Assembly (NCBI GenBank): GCA_043228905.1
Contig: JBHGNT010000171.1
Location: forward strand, 1-61,534
DNA from: Azolla caroliniana
Taxonomy: Eukaryota; Plantae; Polypodiophyta
DNA length: 61,534 bases
Direction of reading: 5' to 3'
Part shown: positions 25,741-37,164 of the stretch, piece after piece
How the letters are laid out: every line of letters starts with the position of its first letter
How positions within the stretch are numbered: the first letter of the stretch is position 1
Made by a program: the position numbers and the translations under genes
Notes under the pieces: model-generated
Database searches by the model: none
What the model saw: only the letters and a program-made list of their open reading frames with translations
Told to the model about the DNA's origin: nothing

Positions 25741-27185
25741 TCTAGTACTAAATTTCAGAACTATTTTTTCATTTTCAGTACTAAATTTTTTCATTTTTAG
25801 AAATTTGTGAATAAAGAAATGATAATTGTCATCTTTGATCCGTAATTCTAATGTCCGAAACGAATTATTTCTCACTTTGCAGGCCGCATTTAAAAACATT
25901 TGATTGTGATTTCTTAGTGTAGTCTATATAACATTAACTACTCTCGCAAGACACTTAATTTTTTTGGATAAATCTAGTGACCAAATGGGGATCCCCAACG
26001 AGAGTGAGTTGTCAAGTAACTCATGTATATCTGAAAGGACCAAGAGACGAGTGGTTCTTCATATAGTCCGTTATTTGGTAGAAATAACGAAGAGATTTGG
26101 TGAAGAGGATCGTAGGGATATTATATGTAGAGTGTTACACCATCAACGCTTGAATGAAGACATGGGAAGAATTTAGGGACCAATGTGTTTCAAAAGAGAT
26201 TGTAGAGTCTATGAAGTCATCCCTAGACTTAGTGAAAGGTGTAGCATAGACAAACTTGCTACAAAGAGGGCAACCCTACACATGGTTGTCAACGGTGTGA
26301 GAGAAAAAAAATATAGTGATACTAAAGTTGCCTTAGCCCTGGGTATTCAAAGAAGGAACTTGAGGAAACATCGCCGAAATATACACTCAAGCCAATTCAA
26401 GTGGCTGGGGTTGGGACGTAGAAGACAATGCGATGCCTTATCTCAAGAGATTATTGAGAAAGTGGATTCATTTTGGGCAAAAAATACCCGTGTCTCACCA
26501 AATAAGAAGGACGTGTGTAGACAACGAATAAGTGAGGGTAAGTAACAAATTCACCCTAGACACTTCTTGGAGATGACGGAGGTATTCCATTTTTTTATAT
26601 CAATTCACATCCCATAAATTTTTGTTTTGACCAAGTGTATATTAATGTTTGCTATATATATTGGTTGATGTAGGCTGAATTGTACATGAACTTTAAAGAC
26701 CAACATCCAAGCTTGACTGTTGGATTCCGCAAGTTCGAAGGTTTGAAACCATATTATGTTAGAAAATTAAATGAGAGGAATACATGTTGTTGTGTGTACC
26801 ACGTGAAGATGGATATGTTAAGGCTTGGAGTGAATCCAATGCGTACTGATTCTAAGGGTATACACGGGAAATTATGTGTCTGCACTTGTGAGGTTTGTAG
26901 ACCAAATGGGGAGGATAATAGGTGTAATACACGAAACATGACTTATGCGTCCGTTTCTGAGTTATGGAGGTCTTGTGTTTGTGAAAAAGAACCATCATGT
27001 GAGTGGCATCGTCGTACATGTCTTTTAAGAACATGTAAGGTTTGTCCGCTACCATTATTTTGTAGGTAGGAGCTTGATTTGGGAAATAGTCATATTGTGA
27101 AATGGAAATTTTTAGAGTATGTGACTGAAAATATTGGCAAGGGACTTGTAACTAAGCGTATCAAGGAAGTATATAAGGAGACATG

Positions 27186-30100
27186 TGTTGAAGACAAGGC
27201 CGTCAATGCGGAAGATCAAGTAGCATTCGATTGGGGTTGAGTACCTGCGTATGACAGTTTCTAAGATCGTGCACAGAGATAGAGAGAGAGAGAGAGAGGA
27301 GGCACAAAAGACTCTTTCTATTCAATAGAAACAATAATACAACCAACCTTACAAAAAGGTTACTAGGTCACTTTATATAGTGACAAACTTAGGGCAACTA
27401 CCATTTATGCTAATTACACAAATGGCCCAGACTTGAGCTATACAAAGGGATAGTGTGAATACGTCCATTATACACTTGTATTCGACACTCCCCCGTAATG
27501 GGCGTATACATGGGTTATCTAAGATTACAGGTATAAACCTAGGTTCTCGGACATATCAGTTTTGTTCGAGTCGGCAGGGTCCGAAGGCAGAAGGCCGGAC
27601 TGGTCGGGTCGGAAGAGTTGAAGCCGATCATTAAGGAACTGATGTCGGTTGTCTGAAACCATCCTGCGCTGTGTCCGACTCTAACCGGACTGGTTTGTCG
27701 TTACGCCCATCTGATGCCGAAGGGACCGAAAGCGGTCTGCCGAAAGACACTTGGTCATTCCATCTGCGACATTGTCGGTTGTGGATATTTTCTCTAGACC
27801 GATTTTCCCTGAAATGACGCAGTCCCGAATGAAGTGATATCGAACGTCGATATGTTTGGAGGCGTTGTGGTGAACCGGATTTTTCGACAAGGCAACAACA
27901 CCTTGACTGTCGCTATAGACAACTGGGGCCGAGTCATGGTCGACTTGTCGAAACGTGTGCGCCAGCCGGCCGAGCCACAAAGCTTCTTTTGCAGCGTCGG
28001 ATGCAACTACATATTCTGCTTCGGTCATTGAGGTCGTTGTGCACTCCTGAAGTTTCGACTTCCACGAAATTGCTCCATTGCCGAATTTGAAGCAGTATCC
28101 AGTTGTTGATTTCCGACTGTCTATACAGCCGGCGAAGTCCGAGTCGGTGTAACCGACTACGCCTAAGGTTGAGTTCGGACCGAATAGAATGCCGTGGTCT
28201 TTTGTGCCAGCCAGATATCTGAACACATGCTTGACTGCGTTCCAATGCGATCGGCCAGGATTGTGCATAAATCTGCTAACGACTCCTACAGCATGAGAGA
28301 TATCAGGCCGTGTCGCGACCATCAGGTACATAAGGGAGCCGACTGCCGGTGCATACGGTACCGACTTCATATCTTCCCCCTCCGGACCGGATGTCGGGCA
28401 GTCTCGCTGAGAGAGCCGAAGATTCATGGGGAGCGGGGTTGAAGCAGATTTGGCTGATTGCATGTTGAAGCGTTCCAAGACACGTCCGATATAGTCGGTC
28501 TGAGACAAAAAAAGATGTCGTTTATCGCGATGCCGACTAATCTTCATGCCAAGTATGTGTCGTGCCGGACCGAGGTCCTTCATGGCAAACTTCAACCGCA
28601 ATTGCCGAATGAGATCGGCAAGTTCGCCCGCGTGGCGTCCAGAAATTAGCATGTCGTCCACGTAAATGATGAGGAAGATGGGTGATCCATCGTGAGCTGT
28701 GTTGGTAAAAAGACAATGGTCCTCATCGCTTTTTGAGAAGCCGATCGATTGGATGAAGTCGTCGAACTTCTTGTACCATTGTCGCGGTGCCTGTTTGAGG
28801 CCGTATAGACTCTTCCTGAGTCGGCAGACTAGATGTTCTTGGCCAGTTGCCACGAAGACTTTTGGCTGCTCCATATAAATTTCCTCTTCAAGATCACCAT
28901 GGAGGAAGGCTGTTTTGACATCTAGCTGAATCAGCTCCAAGTTGTCGGCTGCCACTACGCCGAGTAGAAAACGAAGGGTTGTCATTTTCACCACTGGTGA
29001 AAAAATCTCGTCGAAGTCAACGCCATATTCTTGTCGGAAGCCCTTCGCAACTAATCTGGCCTTGTACTTTGGGGTGGTCGAATCAGACGTCTCTTTTAGT
29101 CGATAAACCCACTTGCAAGGAAGAGCACGTCGATTCTGAGGTAATTCGACCAGATCCCAAGTCTTGTTTGCCCGAATGGAGTGCATTTCCGACTCCATCG
29201 CCAGATGCCAGGTGGCTGAATCGACAGATGTCGATGCTTCTTCGTAAGACGTCGGTTCGCCGGCGTCGGTGAAGAAAATTCCAGGAGAATACCTCTCCGG
29301 AGGTTGCGACAGTCTCTCGGATCGTCGAGGTATGATTGGACTGGTCGTATCGGGTATCGAGGTCGGATGGTCCGAAAGCGAATTATTCTGCTGTGCCGAG
29401 TCAGAGTTGTCCGAGTCGGTAGTGTAAGGTTCAGCTACCCGTGAAGCTGACCGTGTGTTAAGAGCGGGGCCTTCTTGAAGGGTCGGCACATCGGAAAATG
29501 TTACCCTTCGGACTTCGATCGGTGTTTCGACTGATGGATTCATAGCCGACTCGTTGAACACAACGTCCGAACTTCGAACGATTTGTCTGCGTTCGGGGTC
29601 CCAGAGTCGGTATCCCATTTCGCCGTCTGATCCATATCCAAGGAAAATGCATTTCCTGGACCGAGGTGCAAGTTTTCGGCGATCATCTTTCGGAATAAGG
29701 GCGTACGCCTCGCATCCGAAGATCCTCAACTTGTCGTAATTCGGCTTACTGCCGATCCATAGTTCCTGAGGAATTTGAAGTCCTAGAGGTCTGCTTGGCG
29801 ACATATTGATTATGTGTACTGCCGTGAGTAGAGCCTCTGCCCAGAAGCCATCCGACAGTCCGGAGTGTTGGAGCATGGAAACTATCCGTTCTTGGATTGT
29901 CCGATTCATGCGTTCTGCAATCCCGTTTTGCTCCGGACTGTGTGGTGCCGTAAATTCACGTCGGATGCCGCGTTGTCGGCAGAATTTGACGAATTCTTCT
30001 GATTTGAACTCTCCCCCATTGTCGGTCCGAAAGCATTTCAGTTTTCGGTCAGTTTGATTTTCTACCATAGCGAGCCAATCGGAGAAGATCGAGAAGACAC

Positions 30101-32589
30101 GATCTTTGGTGCGAATTGGATAAGCCCACACCTTTCGAGTCGAATCGTCAATAAAACTGACGAAGTAAGAGGCACCGCCGAGAGACTGATGCGGCATTGG
30201 GCCACAGACGTCCGAGTGGACTAAATCGAGAGGTCTCGTTTCTCTTGGTGCTGATGTCGGGTGTGATGCGGCTGCTTGTTTGCCATACTGGCAATGTTCG
30301 CAGAATTGATGATCCGAGAAGGAGAGTTTAGGGATGTATCCGGCTCTAGATAGGTGCGTGATGCCGGCCTTGCTGAGGTGTCCTAATCTTCTGTGCCATA
30401 GTGATGACACAGGAATATCCACCAAAAACAGGTTACCCTCTCTGAGCGTAACATGTAACGGATACAGTGAGTGTATCTTGGGTCCTCTAGCAAGCAGGAG
30501 GTTCCCCCTGTGGAGTGTCCACCCTCCCGAAGAAAAACCGGCACGAATGCCGTCTTCATCTAGTTGTCCGACTGAGATCAATGGCCTTGAGAGCTCGGGT
30601 ACATGTCAGACATTGTGAAGTACAAGTGTAGAGCCACCTGCAAGGTTGAGCTCTACTGTGCCGATTCCAATGATGTCACAGTGTTGCGAGTTGCCGACTC
30701 GAACTGAGTCGGAGTGACGGATCGTATATTGCCGAAATTGGGATCGATGAGGAGTCACGTGAAATGACGCGCCCGAATCTAAGAGCCATGTGCTCGATTC
30801 TTCAGTCGTGAGCAGAACTTCTGATCCGACTGGATTTTTGATTGATAGTATATTCGGGTCGTTTGGTAGCACATCAGCTGAGAAGCTGACGTAATTGATC
30901 TCCTCATGCCGGCCACTCTTCTTGTCTGATTTCTGAGACTTGTCGTTCTTGTTCTTGAGTGCGCGGCAGTCGGCTTTGATGTGTCCGGGTTTCTTGCAAT
31001 AGTTGCAGATTCGATTATCCCGTGACTGGCTCCGTCTTCGCTGATTGTTCGGCTGCCGTGAGGAATCTCTTCCTCGTATGTTCGATCGGTCTGTCGAACC
31101 TTGTACTACATAAGCGTCGTCTGTTGAGTCTTTGGCGAAAGACTTTCTCCGAGCTGCTTCGGTCAGGATTGCGCTCGTGACTTCGGAGTATTTAACAGCC
31201 GTGGTTGACGCGTTGCACACGGTTGTGACGAAAGTTTCCCATGATGAGGGAAGGCTGCTCATGAGTATCATTGCTCTGAGTTCATCCTCGATTGCCGTCC
31301 CCTGAGATGAGATTTGGGAGCTTATGCTTTCGTACTCATTGAGATGTGCTTGAACCGAATCTGATTCTTTCATCCGCAAGTTGTAGAGGCGCCGGATCAG
31401 AAACATCTTCGTTGCAGTGACCTTCTTTTCGTAGGTGTCCGACAGTGTTTTCCACAGTTCGAATGCTGTCGTACACGATTGCACCGTAAAGTATACCGAT
31501 TCCGATAGGTGCATCCGAATCGTGGCGCGGACGATTCTGTCCAGCTTCTGCCACTCAATTGGTTTGTATCCTTCTGGAGGTGCTTCATTTTCGATGGGAT
31601 CGATTTGCCCCTTGACTATGAGATAGTCCTGCATTTGCTCCTTCCAGAAGTTGAAGTTCGATCCATCGAACTTTCGTAGACTCATTTCTGACGAGCCGGA
31701 TGTTGATGTCATGACTCTGGCCTAAGTCGGCTACGAACTTTGGTGAAGTGCAGCGGTTTGGCCCACTCAGTGTCGTTCTAGCCGAAGTTGGACACAAGTG
31801 ATGTTGATTACGGAGAATCGGGGATTTGGTTCGGATTGACTACCGACAGCTGTCTTAGTCGAGTTGAACCTAGATTTAACGATCCGACAGTACTTCAAGC
31901 CGATTCGGTTTCGGTTGACTGCAACGGTGAGAGCAATGGAACCGACTGGTCCTTCCGATTATTGTCCAATCGAATGAAACACGAACTGGGGTTGTCCTTG
32001 AAGTCGTCGTTGTGCAGGAAGCCCACCTCAAGTAGTTACGATCAAGGAAGTAGAGTACAGCCGACTGGCTTACTCCGAGTGATGATCTAACGCAGCGAGA
32101 TTCAAGCTTGTGTTTGCCTACTTTCTTCTCTGTTTCTTCGAATGACGCAAGAAACCGAATGCTTTGCAGACTAGGATGAAGCGAAAGGCCGAATACTGTG
32201 CAGGCTGTGATGAAGCGAAGAATCGAATGCTGTGCAGGCTGAGACGACGGCCGACAACGGGTTGAGGGACCTTGCTCTGATACCAAATGTTGAAGACAAG
32301 GCCGTCAATGCGGAAGATCAAGTAGCATTCGATTGGGGTTGAGTACCTGCGTATGACAGTTTCTAAGATCGTGCACAGAGATAGAGAGAGAGAGAGAGAG
32401 GAGGCACAAAAGACTCTTTCTATTCAATAGAAACAATAATACAACCAACCTTACAAAAAGGTTACTAGGTCACTTTATATAGTGACAAACTTAGGGCAAC
32501 TACCATTTATGCTAATTACACAAATGGCCCAGACTTGAGCTATACAAAGGGATAGTGTGAATACGTCCATTATACACTTGTATTCGACA
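27186..32589 (-). mobile_element. Full-length, very young Ty1/copia element F
   Basis: 302-bp LTRs 27186-27487 and 32288-32589 look identical. TSD ACATG. PBS TGGTATCAGAGC (tRNA-iMet) at 32274-32285. PPT GGGGGAG at 27488-27494. Confidence 0.98.
27681..31712 (-). pseudogene. Copia F gag-pol with a single in-frame TGA at 30606-30608
   Basis: ORFs 30606-31712 and 27681-30581 share a frame. CCHC, WLLDSGAS, HHCC, D,D-35-E, YVDD and YTDSD are all present. Confidence 0.95.
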
Positions 32590-33238
32590 ACATGTGCTAC
32601 TACCCTTGTCTCAGAATTTAAGAAACAATTTGGGGAGTTCATTCCACATAACTTTCGGAGTTATTGGCAAAATTCACAGTTTAAGGAATGTATTAATAAC
32701 TTTCCAACGGGTGTCATCGTATCCGTTATTGACTTTGCAGAAAACTATACATTTAAAGTTCAAAATGAGGTTCAGTCAATGCATTGGTACAATGATCAAT
32801 GTACAATACTTTACATATTTGCTATTGGAGACAAGACAGTGAGTTACATAAGAAATCAATATTTTACATTTCAGATGATAAAAAGCATGATACAATATTT
32901 GTTCAACATTGTTTTAAGCTTCACCATGCAGATTTATTGTCTCTAGGGTTTAACTTTAACCGTCATTGGGTTTGGTCTGATGGTGCTGCCTCACAGTTTA
33001 AGGCGGCACGATCGTTCTACTTTATCGTCAGGTAATTTTTAATCCATATGTTTAGTACTTATAATGCAATGTCTAAGGAAGTAATTCTTGTGTTAGTGCA
33101 TGCATACTAATTATGTTTGTAACTATTCAAACACAGTACTATTCAAATGGATGCATGCATACTAATTATGTTTGTAACTATGTTAAGTGTTCTTGATTGA
33201 TCACATAGTACCATCCTGTCACGTAAATCTGTGTTTAT

Positions 33239-34217
33239 TATCTTTTAATCCATGTGAAGTTGTCTCCATAGACACATTGTACTGTGTTGTGTGTTGTATC
33301 TGTACTAAATCAGTATTATTGAAGGATGTAAAGTACTCGTCTAGTACTCATAGTATTGGCCGTTCTTAAGAGTTTGTACTAAGTATCTTTTAGCCCATGT
33401 TGAGTGCTCTCCATGGACACATTGTATTGTACTATGTGTTGTATCTGTACTAAATCAGTATTTATTGAAGGATGTAAAGTACTCGTCTTGTACTCATAGT
33501 CGTCTTGTACTCATAGTATTGTCTGTCCTTAAGAGTTTGTACTAATTATCTTTTAATCCATGTTGAGTGTTCTCCATGGACACACTGTATTGTACTGTGT
33601 TGTATCTGTACTAAATCAATATTTATTGAAGGATGTAAAGTACATGACTTGTACTCATAGTACTGTCCTATATTGAAGAGTTTGTACTAATTATCTTTTA
33701 ATCCATGTTGAGTGTTCTCCATGGACACATTGTATTGTACTGTGTGTTGTATCTGTACTATATTAGTATTTATTGAAGGATGTAAAGTACATGTCTTGTA
33801 CTCATAGTACTGTCATACATTGAAGAGTTTGTACTAATTATCTTTTAAACCATGTTGTGTCCTCCATGGACACATTGTACTGTGTTGTGTGTTTTATCTG
33901 TACTAAATTAGTATTAATGAATGTAAAGTACTCGTCGTCAGCAACATAGTACTGCCCAATATTGAAGAGTTTGTACTAATTATCTTTTAATACATGTAGA
34001 GTGTTTTCCATGAACACATTGCACTATGCTTTGTGTTGTATCCGTACTAAATTAGTATTAATGGATGCTAAGTACGGTTGGTTGACAACATAGTACTATT
34101 TATCTTTTAATCAGTGTAGAGTGTTCTCCATGGATACGTTGTGCTATGCTTTGTTTTGTATTTGTACTAAATCAGTATTAATGGATGTATAGTACTCTCG
34201 ATTGACAACATAGTACT
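33239..34217 (+). repeat. Tandem array of about 7 units of roughly 120-165 bp inside the transposase intron
   Basis: Recurring TATCTTTTAATCCATG...CTCCATGGACAC...GTACTAAATCAGTATT...TGTAAAGTAC. Confidence 0.9.
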
Positions 34218-35832
34218 AATGTTTGTTGGAAACTTGGGATACAAAAGCAAGTACTTCTCCTTATTCAACATTCGTATGCAATGGAACTACTTCGGGTCTG
34301 GACATAGAAAAGGAGAGCATGATGGCGCGGGGGTTGTGATCAAACGTGCCCTTACAAGTGAGCAGTTGGATAATAATGGTGCTAAGTTACAAAATGCACA
34401 TGATGTTGTGGAGTGGCTAACATGGAAGATGTCAAATGATGGTAAGAACAGATTTTTTGTTGAGGTTCGCGTTGATGAGGTCGATAGAACTAAATCATAT
34501 GGTTGTAAAACCGTGAAAGGCACATGCAAGCACCCATTGTGTATTAGGGTTTAGCCGCAATTGTTACTCCATACTTTATCATGCTTTTGTTCCATGTGTA
34601 TAGATGAAGCTTGGGAAAAATGCATCAACTTATCAATCGTGGAGCCCTGGAAGCTGCAGAAGCTTGAGCCTGAACGACAAGATGATATCGAAGAGGATGC
34701 ACATTCAAATGATATTGTATACTACAACCAACATCAAGACTTGGCAGTTTTATTGGAAGTTGGAGATCATTTTGTGGTGCTCAAATCTCCTCAGAATGAA
34801 GATTTAGAAGACTACTACATTGTGGTGTGCAAGCAAGGAAAGACATTATTGAAAGAAGTCGTGAGGGATGGCTGGGGCAACATGTTCAACGTTGGTGAGT
34901 CTGTCGTGTATGGAAACTATTATGCAAAGTTGCCGCAGTGCAAGAACACATATGCATTACTTAAAGATGCACCCATCGCAATAATCTACATTGCGGCCAT
35001 TCTTGCGATCAAGTTGAATATGACTCAAGCAAAGCAGAAGGTTAAGGGATACAACATTGTCTACAAGGTCCCCCAAGAGGTTCATGAGCCCATATTAGGG
35101 GAGGTCTCTCTGTTTAATGCTTAAAAGTTACCCTATTAATACATTGTAGTTGGCAACTGAAAAATATCCGCTTGTAGTTCACTATTTGATGTATTGATAT
35201 ATTATTTTTGATGCTTGACAAATGAATTGATATATTTCTTCTTTCTTCTAAAGTGTTTAGAGTATTTATTGAGCTTGTTTTGAAAGTGTTCATGGTAATT
35301 ATAGAGTTGCTTGTTTCTATGGTTTAGGGTGTGAAGTCTTCAATACTTAGTAGCATCAATATGGCCGAAACTTATTCAACTATCAATACCAGTAGTCTAA
35401 TCCCTATTGTGTTAAGTCTCTATTCGACTCTGACTATGTGCACTCAAGGAGACCATACTTCGCAAGTATCAATATACATATTAGTTTAGTACTAATGTCA
35501 ATTGTAAGTGTTCACTAATACATAGTAGTCTCTCGAAGTATCTCAGTTAGACGGATACATACATCTTATTTTAGTACTAATATGAATGTCAAATTGTTCC
35601 CTACTACATTCATGGCTGCATGACAATTGACAATATAATACATTCTCGTTCTCTACAATTAGCAATATAGAATTTCACATTACACTACAACACTAGATAA
35701 GTGATCTGATCTTCACAACATTTCACATTAGCAATTTAGACAGTATTTTGGTATACCAAATAGTTCAAGTTCAGACATCACTAACAGTTCAGCTATAGTT
35801 CAAGTACAATCGAAAGACAATCAAGCACCATT

Positions 35833-37160
35833 TCACAATTTCGCCGATCTTGTAATGCGCTTGTTATTGGTGCCAGTTTTTTGTGATTTTACATTCTTCT
35901 TTATCTTAAAGCCTTTAGGTATCAGCTTACTAAGTGGCACTTCATCATCAGAGGCATCAGAGAGAGGTGTGGATGTACGGGCACCTTGTACCAGTGGCAA
36001 GCTTGAGAGAGAAACTGTGTTTTCTGCAACTGCAATGCTTGTACACACATCCACAAAGGTATTGTTGATAGTCAAATTATCACTCATCTCCTGTATGTGG
36101 GTTGTTTTAGTGCTCATGTTGTTGCTAGTATGCTCATTCTCAGTACAGTTAGGCTCCTGTATGTGGGCTATAGCAGTACTCATGGTGAACTCCTCTTGGC
36201 TGGTGATAGTCACCTCATTCTTAAGACCACTGTGCTCTCCTTCTTGGGTGGTCTTTATTGCCCTATCATTATCGGTGATGCTAGTATACTCGTTCTTAGT
36301 ACAATTAGACTCCTGTATGTGGGTTGTGGCAGTACTCATGGTCAACTCCTCTTGTACGGTGGCTGTCACCTCATTCTTAAGACAACCACAACCGTGCTCC
36401 CCTTCTTGGGTGGTCTTTATTGCCTAGTCCTCATGGGTGATGCTAGTATGCTCATTCTCAGTACAATCAGGCTCCTCTTCATTACTAGCTATATTCTTTC
36501 CACACTCCTCATGGGCTTCTATAGCCACTACTAGCACATTCTCAGTACAATCAGGCTCCTCTTCAGTACTAGCAATATTCTTTCCACACTCTTCATGGGA
36601 TTCTTTAGACACTACTAGCACATTCTCAGTACAATCAGGCTCCTCTTTAGTACTAGCGATATTCTTTCCACACTCCTCATGGGATTCTTTAGAAAAATTG
36701 TTGTTTGTACATGCCAGCTGCTCTTCAAATATGAATGCTTCCTTTTTTTCTTAGTCCTCATGTGTGGAAGATGTGCTCCTAGAGTCTGCCTCCGTACAAA
36801 GGCTAATCCCAGAATCTGACTCTACACTTGTGCTCCATATAGTTCCCAATTCATTTGATTGCAATTGGGAATCAGACTACTCTTGTAAACCTAAATAATG
36901 GGATTCCAGAGAATATTAGTATCAACTTACATACTCAAAATTTTGCAAACATACCAACAACAATGAACATAGGGTTAATAGCCACATTTTTACCTATTGT
37001 TACATCCTCATACTATACAGCCGTAGACAACCCATTGCAAGTGGTAGGCTCAGTCATCTTCTCCACAAAATCTAAGTGTTCAACAGGTTGGAGCTCATTG
37101 TCAATAGAAGATTTCATAATAGTATCTATAGAATGCACCAAAAGCACCACTATAATAGGA
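35833..37160 (-). pseudogene. Acidic, Thr/Glu-rich repetitive ORF remnant, probably the accessory gene of the Sola2-like element
   Basis: ORFs 35833-36369 and 36424-36621 with repeated HEECGKNIASTEEEPDCTEN and TTQEGEH units and a basic C-terminus. Confidence 0.5.
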
Positions 37161-37164
37161 ACAT

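Larger units (their letters stand above)
25985..35124 (+). pseudogene. Intron-containing Sola2-like DDD transposase, split by copia F
   Basis: Cys-rich NTCCCVYH region, DFAENY...EVQSMHW, ISDDKKHD, WSDGAASQFK, WNYFGSGHRKGEHDGAG. GT-AG intron 26582-26673 and a second intron at about 33032-34250. KETC|ATTL joins across the copia. Confidence 0.8.
24866..37164 (+). mobile_element. Sola2-like DNA transposon, left end present, right end not found
   Basis: Begins GGGTGGAAGC exactly where LTR homology ends and contains a spliced transposase. No matching right TIR seen. Confidence 0.6.

Noticed and set aside
30606-30608. Gag/pol read-through in copia F
   Set aside because: The stop falls inside the protease region, where V-R-HVP is expected; it is probably a CGA-to-TGA change.
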